Shown piece after piece: positions 34,087-43,161 of a stretch of 64,000 nucleotides of DNA (the stretch's first letter is position 1; the number at the start of each line of letters is the position of its first letter). The stretch is from contig MHDC01000045.1 in NCBI GenBank assembly GCA_001803415.1, positions 30,747 through 94,746 on the forward strand, read 5' to 3'. The translations under genes were made by a program, and so were the position numbers. The notes beneath the pieces were generated by a model. The model was given only the letters and a program-made list of their open reading frames with translations. It was not told the DNA's origin and made no database searches. The DNA comes from Microgenomates group bacterium RBG_16_45_19. GTDB taxonomy: Bacteria; Patescibacteriota; Microgenomatia; UBA1400; RBG-16-45-19.

Positions 34087-35553
34087 ATGATGAATTTTTA
34101 CCGAAAATACCGGCCGCAAACGGTGGCCGAGATCGATACGACGGCTATCCGGGTAGCTTTGGAGCAGATCTTAACCAAGGGTAAAATTAGTCAAGCTTGG
34201 TTACTGACCGGGCCAAAAGGGGCGGGTAAGACGTCAACAGCCAGAATTATTGCCAAAATTTTGGAGTGCGAGAAGAATCTGCTTAAGCCACAAGCTCTAG
34301 AAGAGCCTTGCAATCAGTGTGGAGCCTGTCGGGCGATCATGAACGGATCTTATTTAGGGGTAGTCGAAATGGATGCCGCCAGCAACCGGGGGATTGATGA
34401 TATCCGCCAGTTGCAGGAACGGATCGGTTTGGCACCAGCCCAGGGAAAATTTACTGTCTACGTGATTGATGAAGTCCACATGCTGACAGCCGAGGCGTTT
34501 AACGCGTTGCTGAAAACTTTGGAAGAGCCGCCAGCTCATGTAGTCTTTATCCTCTGCACCACTGAACTAAAGAAAGTACCGGAGACAATTGTGTCTCGGT
34601 GTACCCAGCTTAATTTTGACAAAGCCAGTCAGATTGAGGTGAAGCGGTCTTTGGGGCGAGTAGTTGACGGAGAAAAATTAACGGTAGAACCGGGGGTCTT
34701 GGATTTAATTGCGGCCGGGGTCGACGGCAGTTTTCGGGATGCAATCAAATTATTGGAGCAGGCGGTGGACGAGACCGGCACGGTGAAACTGATACGAGTA
34801 GAGCCACTGGTGGGGCAGGGGCAGTTATATCAGGTTGAGGAGTTAATTAGAGCCATCAAGCATAAAAACGCCAAAACAGCCTTAGTGCTGGTGGCGGCCA
34901 AGGAACAACAAGGAGTGGATTTAAATCTTTTGGTAGTGAAACTGGTGGAAAACTTGAGATCGGAACTGATGGCTGCCGCGATCGTTCAGAAACCGGAACC
35001 AAAACAAATTGAAGCCTTGACCGAATTAGTGGAGCGGTTAAGTTCGGCTAGCCAGGAAATGAAGTGGTCGCCATTAATCGGGCTACCCTTACAGATTGCT
35101 ATTGTTAAATGGTGTTATTTACCGGGGGAGACTGTGATTGAACCGGTTAAAGTTGAGCCAGTGAGTCAAGCGGCGCCGCCGAAGCTTCAGTCAAAGCCGC
35201 TTCAATTAGCTGAAGTAGAAGGTAAGTGGAGTGAAGTCTTAAAAAAAGTCAAACCGCTAAATCATAGTTTAGAAGCTTTACTCAAAGCCGCCCGGCCCGT
35301 GGCCACGGCCGATTCCTGGCTGACAGTCGAGGTCTATTACACTTTTCATAAAGAGCAGCTGGAACAAGAACGCTATCGAGCCATGCTGGAAAGCCAATGC
35401 AGTGAAGTAATGGGGGCGCCGGTGAAATTGAGATTTAAGTTGGGTCAAAAAACGGCCCAAGCCGTCGCGGCTGCACCCAAAGAGGTGGTGAATGTGACCG
35501 GTCGGGTGAAGGATGAAGATTTGGCGCAAGCGGCTGAGGAAATATTTGGTTAA
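34087..35553 (+). CDS. dnaX: DNA polymerase III subunit gamma/tau
   Basis: Walker A GPKGAGKTS, Zn module CNQCGAC, Walker B VIDEVHML, sensor VSRCTQL. Confidence 0.9.
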   Translation: MMNFYRKYRPQTVAEIDTTAIRVALEQILTKGKISQAWLLTGPKGAGKTSTARIIAKILECEKNLLKPQALEEPCNQCGACRAIMNGSYLGVVEMDAASNRGIDDIRQLQERIGLAPAQGKFTVYVIDEVHMLTAEAFNALLKTLEEPPAHVVFILCTTELKKVPETIVSRCTQLNFDKASQIEVKRSLGRVVDGEKLTVEPGVLDLIAAGVDGSFRDAIKLLEQAVDETGTVKLIRVEPLVGQGQLYQVEELIRAIKHKNAKTALVLVAAKEQQGVDLNLLVVKLVENLRSELMAAAIVQKPEPKQIEALTELVERLSSASQEMKWSPLIGLPLQIAIVKWCYLPGETVIEPVKVEPVSQAAPPKLQSKPLQLAEVEGKWSEVLKKVKPLNHSLEALLKAARPVATADSWLTVEVYYTFHKEQLEQERYRAMLESQCSEVMGAPVKLRFKLGQKTAQAVAAAPKEVVNVTGRVKDEDLAQAAEEIFG

Positions 35554-35610
35554 AGCCATGGTAATATAAACAAAGAATGATAAAGTATTATCGGTAATTA
35601 AAGGAGATTT

Positions 35611-35883
35611 ATGGCTTTTAATCCATTAAAAGGTTTAGGGGATATTAATAAATTGAGACAACAAGCGGTAGCCATGCAGCAGCAATTGGCGGCAGAGGAA
35701 ATTGTGGTGGATGAAGGCGATGTCCATGTGGTGATTACCGGTGACCAACGATTGAAGGAGTTTTCGGTCCAGGGGATTACCAGTGAGGTGGCCATCTCGG
35801 CGATTAACAAGGCGATTAAAAAGTCGCAGGAATTAGCCGCCAAGAAATTGCAGGCGATGGGAGGCTTTGGGGGCGGGCAGTGA
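35611..35883 (+). CDS. ybaB: YbaB/EbfC nucleoid-associated protein
   Basis: About 90 aa. MQQQL... followed by a VVITGDQRLKEFSV-type core. The conserved dnaX-ybaB order is kept. Confidence 0.85.
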   Translation: MAFNPLKGLGDINKLRQQAVAMQQQLAAEEIVVDEGDVHVVITGDQRLKEFSVQGITSEVAISAINKAIKKSQELAAKKLQAMGGFGGGQ

Positions 35884-36815
35884 AACGATTTAAACGGGTG
35901 GTGGTAGTGGGATCGGCGGGGTTTGATCAAATTATGAGTTTACCGGGAGTGTTTAGCGACTGGATCATGCCGGAGAAGATCCATCAACTAAACGTGTCCT
36001 TTACGGTAAAAACGCTCAGGCGAGAGTTTGGGGGGACCGGCGGTAACTGCGCTTATACCCTGGGTTTACTGGGTCAAAAACCGGTCTTGGTGAGTATTTT
36101 AGGTCGGGATGCAGTCGCCTATCAAAAACATTTGCTTAAGGCTGGGGTGAATTTGAGCGGCTTAAGAATGGATCGAGGCTTATCGGCTTCAGGTCAGGTG
36201 ATGACTGATAAACAGGATAATCAGTTATGGAGTTATTATCCTGGACCGCTAAGAAAACTTTCAGCGTATAGCTTAGAGCCTATAGTTAAACCGCATGATT
36301 TGGTGGCCTTGCTGCCGAGCGAACCAAAAGCCTTTGCCAAACATTTGAGAGAAGTGGTCAAGCGCAAGGCCAGGTTTATGTTTGATCCGGCCTTTTTTAT
36401 TCCCAATTTGACTCAGGCGGAATTACGGCTGGGTTTGACCTATGCAGAGATGATCATTGGCAACGATTATGAAATTGCCCTGATGGAGAATAAAGTTAAA
36501 CGGATTATCAGGCACCAGCTAACCAAGAAACAAGTATTAATCAGAACGTTGGGGGAGAGAGGCTCGGAGGTTTATACGGGTGGGATGGTCCACCAGATTC
36601 CGGCAGCTAAGGTTAAGCGGGTCGTCGATCCGACCGGCGCGGGGGATGGCTATCGATCTGGGTTTTTAACCGGATACATCGAAGGTAAAAGTATGTTAGA
36701 CTGCGGTCGGATGGGGGCAGTGGCAGCCGCGTATACGGTCGAAAAATACGGCACCCAAACCCACCATTTCACTTTACAACAGTTCCAAGAAAGGCTAAGG
36801 CAAGCTTATGGCTAA
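35880..36815 (+). CDS. PfkB-family carbohydrate/nucleoside kinase
   Basis: GGTGGN and [13 protein letters not shown] motifs. GTG start overlapping the ybaB stop. Confidence 0.8.
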   Translation: MKRFKRVVVVGSAGFDQIMSLPGVFSDWIMPEKIHQLNVSFTVKTLRREFGGTGGNCAYTLGLLGQKPVLVSILGRDAVAYQKHLLKAGVNLSGLRMDRGLSASGQVMTDKQDNQLWSYYPGPLRKLSAYSLEPIVKPHDLVALLPSEPKAFAKHLREVVKRKARFMFDPAFFIPNLTQAELRLGLTYAEMIIGNDYEIALMENKVKRIIRHQLTKKQVLIRTLGERGSEVYTGGMVHQIPAAKVKRVVDPTGAGDGYRSGFLTGYIEGKSMLDCGRMGAVAAAYTVEKYGTQTHHFTLQQFQERLRQAYG

Positions 36816-38073
36816 AAAAATAGTGAGCGACATTTGGGAGATTAAATTAGCAAACGAGGGCAGGAAGCGGATTGAGTGGGCGGGGCGGAGTATGGAAGTG
36901 GTGAGGTTAATTGGTGAGCGGTTTAAGCGTGAAAAACCATTTAAGGGTTTAACCATCGGGGCGTGCCTCCACGTCACCAGCGAAACGGCCAATTTAATGC
37001 TCACTTTGAAGGCGGGGGGAGCCAAAGTGGCTTTATGTGCATCTAACCCATTATCAACCAATGATGCGGTGGCAGCCAGTTTGGTAAAAGATTACGGCAT
37101 TAACGTCTGGGCAATTCATGGGGAAGACACCAAAACCTACTATCGACACCTCGATCAGGTATTAGATTTACACCCAGAAATAACCATGGACGATGGGGCT
37201 GATCTGGTATCCAGTTTGCACGCCAAACGACCCAAACAGCTGAAAGAGGTTTTTGGCAGCAGCGAGGAGACGACGACCGGCGTGATCCGGTTGATGGCCA
37301 TGGCGCGGGATCGGGCCTTAAAAATACCGGTAGTGGCGGTGAACGAGAGCGATACCAAGCATTTATTTGATAATCGGTACGGGACAGGCCAGTCGACGAT
37401 TGATGGGATTATCCGAGCCACTAACGTGTTGTTGGCCGGGAAAATAGTGGTGGTGGGTGGTTATGGCTTATGTTCACGCGGGATTGCCATGCGGGCTAGG
37501 GGTTTTGGAGCCAAAGTGGTGGTGACGGAGGTAGATCCGGTCCGGGCTTTGGAGGCGCATATGGATGGGTATCAAGTGTTACCGATGAAACGGGCAGCCA
37601 AAGTCGGAGATATTTTTGTCACGGCAACAGGGGATAAAGCGGTAGTTTCGTTAGAGCATATCCAGCGGATGAAGGACGGGGTGATTTTAGCCAACTCTGG
37701 CCATTTTAATGTGGAAGTTGAATACGATCGTTTAAAGAAAGCGGCTAAGCGGTCGAGGTTGATCCGGGAGAATTTGGAGGAGTTCGAGTATAGAGGTAAA
37801 AAAGTTTATGTGATTGGGGAGGGGAGGCTAGTCAATTTGGTAGCGGCGGAAGGTCACCCGGCTGAAGTGATGGACATGAGTTTTGCTAATCAAGCGTTGG
37901 CGGCGGAGTGGCTGGTCAAGAATCATGACCGGCTCAAACCTAAGGTCTACACTTTACCAAAAAAACTGGACCGCCAAGTGGCCAGGTTAAAACTCAAAGC
38001 CTTAGGGGTGAAAATCGACCGGTTGACTCGAGAACAAAGAAAATACCTAACTTCATGGCAGGAAGGGACTTAA
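36808..38073 (+). CDS. ahcY: S-adenosyl-L-homocysteine hydrolase
   Basis: Full-length collinearity: [11 protein letters not shown]-binding [15 protein letters not shown]. Confidence 0.95.
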   Translation: MAKKIVSDIWEIKLANEGRKRIEWAGRSMEVVRLIGERFKREKPFKGLTIGACLHVTSETANLMLTLKAGGAKVALCASNPLSTNDAVAASLVKDYGINVWAIHGEDTKTYYRHLDQVLDLHPEITMDDGADLVSSLHAKRPKQLKEVFGSSEETTTGVIRLMAMARDRALKIPVVAVNESDTKHLFDNRYGTGQSTIDGIIRATNVLLAGKIVVVGGYGLCSRGIAMRARGFGAKVVVTEVDPVRALEAHMDGYQVLPMKRAAKVGDIFVTATGDKAVVSLEHIQRMKDGVILANSGHFNVEVEYDRLKKAAKRSRLIRENLEEFEYRGKKVYVIGEGRLVNLVAAEGHPAEVMDMSFANQALAAEWLVKNHDRLKPKVYTLPKKLDRQVARLKLKALGVKIDRLTREQRKYLTSWQEGT

Positions 38074-38084
38074 TAACGGTGCGT

Positions 38085-38128
38085 TTGACATTGGTGATTG
38101 GATGAGATAGTATCTATTTATAGATACT
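38085..38128 (+). promoter_or_regulatory. Putative promoter and inverted-repeat operator of the Phd/PIN TA operon
   Basis: TTGACA (38085-38090), a 17-nt spacer, then TAGTAT (38108-38113). Inverted repeat AGTATCTAT-tt-ATAGATACT (38109-38128) overlaps the -10 element. Confidence 0.45.
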
Positions 38129-38144
38129 AAATAGTAGTATTAAT

Positions 38145-38450
38145 ATGAATATCCAATTACAGAATATCGTGCCGGTGAGCGAGGCTCGAATCAAGTTAAA
38201 TGAGATGGTGAATCAGACTAAGCCGAATAATCCTTACATTATTTCCAAATCCGGTAAGCCTAAGGTAGTTTTAATCGATGTGGGCGAATATGATGAATTA
38301 TTGAAGCTCAAGGCCAAGCAGGAATTGGCTGCCTTGACCATACAAGCTAGAAAAGATTTTACCGACTTTCTGCAAGCTAGGGGTCTGAATTTGAATAAAT
38401 TGACCGACGATGAGGCAGAAGCGATTTTGGTCAATGAGTATTTAGCCTAA
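38145..38450 (+). CDS. Phd/YefM-family antitoxin
   Basis: VPVSEARIKLNEMVNQ...PYIISKSGKPKVVLIDVGEYDEL pattern. Located immediately upstream of the PIN toxin. Confidence 0.8.
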   Translation: MNIQLQNIVPVSEARIKLNEMVNQTKPNNPYIISKSGKPKVVLIDVGEYDELLKLKAKQELAALTIQARKDFTDFLQARGLNLNKLTDDEAEAILVNEYLA

Positions 38451-38864
38451 ATGATGCGGATAATTCTTGATACCAACGTCTGGTTATCGGGGATTTTTTG
38501 GAGAGGTAAACCGGGAATAATTATTGATCGAATCTTTTCAGGCGAGACTGAACTTATGCCGGTTTTTTCAGCGGTAACTTTAGCTGAACTGGAATCCAAG
38601 ATACGGAAGCGTTATCCGTATCGGTTAATCCATAGAATTCGAAGCCTTAGCTTGATGGTGGCAAATGTTCCCAGCACCAAGATAAAAGTTAGAGACCCCA
38701 ATGATCAAATATTAGTAGATTTATGTATCGCAGCAAAGGTATCGGTGTTAATAACGGGGGATAAGGACCTTTTAGTTTTAAAGAAAATCGGTAGAACTAG
38801 AGTCGTTACTCCGAGTGAGTTTGTCTTGATGTTGAGCGTGGCGAAAAGTGATTTCCTGGCTTGA
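38451..38864 (+). CDS. PIN-domain toxin
   Basis: MRIILDTNVW, LITGDKDL. The start abuts the antitoxin stop. Confidence 0.85.
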   Translation: MMRIILDTNVWLSGIFWRGKPGIIIDRIFSGETELMPVFSAVTLAELESKIRKRYPYRLIHRIRSLSLMVANVPSTKIKVRDPNDQILVDLCIAAKVSVLITGDKDLLVLKKIGRTRVVTPSEFVLMLSVAKSDFLA

Positions 38865-38890
38865 CAAGCGGGGGGATAATTATTGCCATG
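38860..38890 (+). repeat. Duplicated gene junction, copy 1
   Basis: CTTGACAAGCGGGGGGATAATTATTGCCATG holds the stop of the PIN gene, a spacer, and the ATG of the next ORF. Compare 39972-40000. Confidence 0.85.
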
Positions 38891-39976
38891 CATACACTTG
38901 AATCTGATTTAACACCAAATGATAGGGCGTTTTGGAAGTCGTTGTTGAAAGTGGATAGGGGACAACTTAGGTGGGAGATACAAGATTTAAATATCCAATT
39001 CCACGAAGAACCGCTAAGATCAATTTTGTTAAATGGACCACCGAGAGAATATAATGCCCGTAATTGTTTTGATCCACGGATTGGTGATAGATACCCATTA
39101 GTCAAGAAAGGGGCAGCAGATTATGTAGCACCTCAAGGAGAGGAGTTAGGTGTCTGGGGATTACTAAGGTCAGCGAGTTTATCGGAGGTTATTTTAAAGC
39201 AATTGGCACCATTAGATCCCCAGAGAATTTTATTAGTTGGTGCGATATCTCAAGAAAGTTTATATGGAATATTAGCATCGATGGATGGGCTGGGTTGGAA
39301 GGAAGCTGAATTGACCGTGGTTGACAAATCCTTGGTCCCTTTAACAGTCTTAAAAAGACTAAATGAGACCGGTCATTGGTCTTGGAAGCCTGGAGTAAGG
39401 CTAGTGCATAGTGATATTAGATATTTCAATGAATGGGGTGCTTATGATTTGGTTTTAATGGATATTGTCAGTGCTTATACGATCGACCGGTTGAATTATT
39501 GCCATCGTGTAGGAGAAAATCCTTTTGCGAAGTATAGGCAAATATTACAAACATGCAAGGCGTTGGTGTCAAATGGGGGATTATTTATCAGTCGGACATT
39601 ATCGTTTAGTGGGTATCAACCAAAAAAGCATCCTGAGCCAGTTGCCGAAGAAATTTTACAGGAGCGATTAGGAATTTTACGGAACCAATTAGGGGAGGAG
39701 ATTTTTAATCAATTAGGCCAAGACTATCTGGCCGAAATGGTAGAGTCAATCTGGTATTATCCGTATCCGGAAACTTCTTGTGGGTTAGCTTTGATCTCTG
39801 CCTGGGGTGGGTGCCAACCAACTTTGCCGGTTGAGATTGAAACGGGTGGACCCGAGACTTTTAGGCAACTGTACGCTGATATTTTAGGAAAGAATGAGGA
39901 AATTCGGGTATTCTCAGCGCCATTAGGTTGGTTACTGCAAACCTTTTGTTGGCCAAAACCGGGTTATCAGTCTTGA
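38888..39976 (+). CDS. Hypothetical protein with degenerate class I methyltransferase-like fold
   Basis: Rossmann-like succession RILLVGAIS / LTVVDKS / HSDIRYF / DLVLMDIV / NGGLFIS, but no GxGxG. The ATG at 38888 is preferred over the TTG at 38861. Confidence 0.5.
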   Translation: MHTLESDLTPNDRAFWKSLLKVDRGQLRWEIQDLNIQFHEEPLRSILLNGPPREYNARNCFDPRIGDRYPLVKKGAADYVAPQGEELGVWGLLRSASLSEVILKQLAPLDPQRILLVGAISQESLYGILASMDGLGWKEAELTVVDKSLVPLTVLKRLNETGHWSWKPGVRLVHSDIRYFNEWGAYDLVLMDIVSAYTIDRLNYCHRVGENPFAKYRQILQTCKALVSNGGLFISRTLSFSGYQPKKHPEPVAEEILQERLGILRNQLGEEIFNQLGQDYLAEMVESIWYYPYPETSCGLALISAWGGCQPTLPVEIETGGPETFRQLYADILGKNEEIRVFSAPLGWLLQTFCWPKPGYQS

Positions 39977-40000
39977 CAAGCGGGGGGAAAATTAGCCATG
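39972..40000 (+). repeat. Duplicated gene junction, copy 2
   Basis: CTTGACAAGCGGGGGGAAAATTAGCCATG. Its first 17 nt are identical to copy 1, and it again spans a TGA stop and the next ATG. Confidence 0.85.
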
Positions 40001-40249
40001 ATGGGAAAGATACCAATTTGGGGAGTAAAAATTATGCCTGCCAAGAAGAAAGCTAAGAAAAGTACAACGGTAGAGAAGGAGACGAGGTTAATTGCCATTC
40101 AGGGAATTTTGTTAGCGGTGATTGCCGGAGTGGTCCTGTTTGGCATTTTGAAAATGGTCCAACTTCGAGACAACGTCGATGCTCTGTTGATGCAGCAATT
40201 GGCGGCACCGCAGGTGCAAACCTTGCCGGTGATGCCCGAGTCGGAATGA
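39998..40249 (+). CDS. Small membrane protein (one TM helix)
   Basis: Basic N-terminus followed by the hydrophobic segment LIAIQGILLAVIAGVVLFGIL. An alternative start is the ATG at 40034, with a GGGGAG RBS. Confidence 0.45.
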   Translation: MMGKIPIWGVKIMPAKKKAKKSTTVEKETRLIAIQGILLAVIAGVVLFGILKMVQLRDNVDALLMQQLAAPQVQTLPVMPESE

Positions 40250-40272
40250 CGCTGAATAAATTCTAAGGTAGA

Positions 40273-40887
40273 ATGGGCGGGATGAGATTGCCGAAAGCGG
40301 TCACTAATTTGATGGAACAATTGGAGAAATTGCCGGGTATTGGGCCCAAAACAGCCCAGAGGCTGGTGTTTTATTTATTACATAATCCGCAAAGTGAGTT
40401 GGACGCCTACGCGAAGGCATTTTCCCAGTTGAAGCAGGGGACGGTGATTTGTTCGAGGTGCCGGAATGTGGGCGAAGCGGAACCGTGCGCGATATGCACC
40501 GATAAAAGCCGGGATCAGACCATTATTTGTGTGGTGGAACAGCCGCTGGATGTCTTAGCTTTGGAGCGGAGTGGTGGCTATCATGGTTTGTATCACGTGC
40601 TCCACGGAGCCATCGCGCCCTTGAATAATATTGGACCGGATCAGCTCTTTATCCAGGAGTTGCTCCCCAGATTAGCGGGTGGTACAATCACGGAAATAAT
40701 TTTGGCGACCAACCCAACCATGGAAGGGGAGGCTACAGCCATGTATATTGCCAAATTGGTTGAAGAAAATCAGATTAAGGGCATTAGATTAACCCGGATC
40801 GGCCGGGGGTTACCGGTTGGGGGCGACCTGGAATACGCCGATGAAGTGACGCTGGCCAAGGCGTTGGAGGGAAGGAGAGAGTTGTAA
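40273..40887 (+). CDS. recR: Recombination protein RecR
   Basis: HhH LPGIGPKTAQRL, Zn finger CSRC...CAIC, Toprim IILATNPTMEGEATA. The start is 40273 or 40282. Confidence 0.95.
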   Translation: MGGMRLPKAVTNLMEQLEKLPGIGPKTAQRLVFYLLHNPQSELDAYAKAFSQLKQGTVICSRCRNVGEAEPCAICTDKSRDQTIICVVEQPLDVLALERSGGYHGLYHVLHGAIAPLNNIGPDQLFIQELLPRLAGGTITEIILATNPTMEGEATAMYIAKLVEENQIKGIRLTRIGRGLPVGGDLEYADEVTLAKALEGRREL

Positions 40888-40888
40888 T

Positions 40889-41458
40889 ATGAAAGTCTAT
40901 TTCACAGCATCAGCAAGAGGTAAACGTAGTTTTGGTAAGTACTACAAAGAGATTTATGAGACGATTGCAGATTTGGGAAATAGGAATGTGGATGATTTGC
41001 TTTTTAAGATTGATGCTAGTGATTTATATCATGGTTCGCATGAAGATCAGGTTAAATTATATAAAAGTGCACTGGAGCATATTCAAAATTCGGATGTAGT
41101 AGTTTTAGAATTGTCAGTTCATAGTTTGTCGATGGGTTGTGTAATGCATAAAGCGTTAGATATTGGCAAACCAGTGATAGCTCTGTTTTTGTCGAAACAT
41201 GAACCATATTTCGCTTTAGGGATCGATGATGAAAAGTTACAGGTAGTTGAATATGATGGAAATAATTTGAGAAAGCAATTGAAACTGGCTTTTAAGTATT
41301 CTGAGGAACAGATGGATACAAGGTTTAATTTTTTCATTTCCCCGAAAATCGGTGCTTATTTAGATTGGGTTTCTAGAATAAAAAGAGTTCCTCGCGCTGT
41401 CTATTTAAGGAAACTAATTCTTGATGATATGAAGCATGAAAGTGATTATGAAGGGTAA
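40889..41458 (+). CDS. Nucleoside 2-deoxyribosyltransferase-like domain protein with C-terminal RHH-like tail
   Basis: MKVYFTAS... N-terminus, paralogous in pattern to the N-domain of 13974-15095. C-terminal TRFNFFISPKIGAYLDWVS...AVYLRKLI resembles a ribbon-helix-helix. AT-rich. Confidence 0.5.
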   Translation: MKVYFTASARGKRSFGKYYKEIYETIADLGNRNVDDLLFKIDASDLYHGSHEDQVKLYKSALEHIQNSDVVVLELSVHSLSMGCVMHKALDIGKPVIALFLSKHEPYFALGIDDEKLQVVEYDGNNLRKQLKLAFKYSEEQMDTRFNFFISPKIGAYLDWVSRIKRVPRAVYLRKLILDDMKHESDYEG

Positions 41459-42287
41459 ACAGAGTAAAAATAGTCTTACAAGCCATTTGAGTGAGAGTGA
41501 TTTAGTTGATTTTCTGATTAACAAATCGAGATGGTCAATCGGTTTAGTAAATAAGTTTCAGGATCACTTAAATAACTGTCATGACTGTTGGACTAAGTGG
41601 AATAAGGTTAGATGGGATAAGGCATTAAATAGTAGAGGAATGAAGGAGTTATACCAATATTTGGGGCATGATTTTAAAGAATATTTTGATTCTTCTTGGG
41701 CGATTGCCGAAGAATGGTTAAGGCAAAATCCTCATACTGAGAAAGAGGTGGCTGAGTTTTATAAAACTAATTCGTCCTATTTATATAACTTGGTCGTATG
41801 GTATGAAAGTGGAGATAGAGAAGATTTTAAAAAGGATTTTGATAATCTAATTGTGCGATTTAAGGTTAATTCAGTCATCGATTATGGTTGTGGGGTTGGG
41901 AATGACGGTTTATTTCTGCTTGAAAATAAATGGTTAGTAAATTTTGTTGATTATGATTGTCCTTCGGTAGATTTTCTTAAGTGGCGAATGAAGAAAAGAA
42001 ATGTCAGAGCTCCCGTGCTAAATGTTGAAGAAATAGATCTTTTACCGGAAATGGATATGTTTTGGGCTATTGATGTACTCGAGCATATGAAAAATCCGTT
42101 GTGGGCGGTAGAAAGATTGCCTTCAAAAACGAGAGTATTTGCGCACCGTTCACAATTTGGAAATAATGCTGGTGGCAGACATCCATGTCATTTTTGTTTT
42201 GATGAAATGAAGTTAGGCAAGGCTTTAAGTAAAAGGGGCTTTAAACATATACCTTGGCCGGTATTATCGGTTTGGATTAAGAATTAA
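41436..42287 (+). CDS. Class I SAM-dependent methyltransferase with N-terminal Cys/His motif
   Basis: SAM motif I VIDYGCGVGNDG, with DVLEHM downstream. N-terminal HLNNCHDCWTKW resembles a putative zinc finger. Confidence 0.7.
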   Translation: MKVIMKGKQSKNSLTSHLSESDLVDFLINKSRWSIGLVNKFQDHLNNCHDCWTKWNKVRWDKALNSRGMKELYQYLGHDFKEYFDSSWAIAEEWLRQNPHTEKEVAEFYKTNSSYLYNLVVWYESGDREDFKKDFDNLIVRFKVNSVIDYGCGVGNDGLFLLENKWLVNFVDYDCPSVDFLKWRMKKRNVRAPVLNVEEIDLLPEMDMFWAIDVLEHMKNPLWAVERLPSKTRVFAHRSQFGNNAGGRHPCHFCFDEMKLGKALSKRGFKHIPWPVLSVWIKN

Positions 42288-42299
42288 GTGAAGGAAAAT

Positions 42300-42587
42300 T
42301 TAACTGGCTGGGGTGAGGGCGAGGTGTTTCTCGATTCGAGTAAGACGTTGTTCGTGGTTCTGGAGTGGAAGAGCGATGGTTTGGCTGATAGTAATTTCTA
42401 ATTGTTCAATTTGCTGCTTAAGCACCAGCATATCTTTTTTGCTGGCCAGTCTTTTAAGATCTGCTTTGGTGGCATAGACTTTAAGATCGGCTTTAGTAGT
42501 AAAGTCCTTGAGATCAGCCTTGGTGGCAAAAATGACTTTTAAAAGACTGAGATCTGCTTGGTTTAAGGTGGGTTTAACTTTAGGCAT
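42300..42587 (-). CDS. Small coiled-coil protein with TKADLK tandem repeats
   Basis: ATKADLKDFT/TKADLKVYA/TKADLKRLA repeats followed by a coiled-coil segment. The Met at 42587 is preferred over the ORF-track start at 42698. Confidence 0.45.
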   Translation of the reverse strand: MPKVKPTLNQADLSLLKVIFATKADLKDFTTKADLKVYATKADLKRLASKKDMLVLKQQIEQLEITISQTIALPLQNHEQRLTRIEKHLALTPAS

Positions 42588-42650
42588 GGGCCCATTGAAA
42601 CACCATCGGGCGTTGAAGTCAATGTGGCAAGTCCCGTATGATGAGGGTGT

Positions 42651-43148
42651 ATGCCGGCTGGAGTACCTGCCCCAATTAAGACAAACCCCATAGGTCAATT
42701 TAAGGATGAGGCGGTGGAGGTCGGCAAACAGATAGCCAAGGATACTCTGAGCGGGGTGAAGTCGGTGGTGAGTCCCAAACAGATCTTAGAAAGCATTTTA
42801 GGTCAAACGCAGGCGACTCAAGCAGGGGAGTCTTTGGGCGTGGAAACTTTAAGCGGGGCTAAACAGCCCACCGATCCGGCTCAACAGGCCAAAGTGGCTG
42901 AGGATCGAAGTAAAGCGGAAGCTCTCCTTCGATTGCACCGGCAGCGACTGCAGGAGCAGGAAGTCTTTATTAAAGAAAAAGAGCAAGCCGAGGAGATGAA
43001 AAAACAACAGGCGAAAGCCGAAGAAGAGCAGCAACAACAGCAGCAAATTGTGCAGCTTAAACACGAGCAGCAAAAAGAAGACGTCTTAGGCTCAATGATC
43101 AAACAATTTGAGGGGAGTAAGGAAATGAAAGCTTGGGGTGCGGGGTGA
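42651..43148 (+). CDS. Hypothetical Gln/Glu/Lys-rich coiled-coil protein
   Basis: ORF with a low-complexity EEQQQQQQ segment. Antisense ORFs here are artefacts of that repeat. Confidence 0.45.
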   Translation: MPAGVPAPIKTNPIGQFKDEAVEVGKQIAKDTLSGVKSVVSPKQILESILGQTQATQAGESLGVETLSGAKQPTDPAQQAKVAEDRSKAEALLRLHRQRLQEQEVFIKEKEQAEEMKKQQAKAEEEQQQQQQIVQLKHEQQKEDVLGSMIKQFEGSKEMKAWGAG

Positions 43149-43161
43149 TACAATGCAAGGT

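Noticed and set aside
38861-38866. The TTGACA inside the duplicated junction (and at 39973) considered as a -35 promoter element.
   Set aside because: No acceptable -10 hexamer lies at 16-18 nt spacing in either copy. The hexamer contains the TGA stop of the upstream gene, so junction duplication explains the repeat better.
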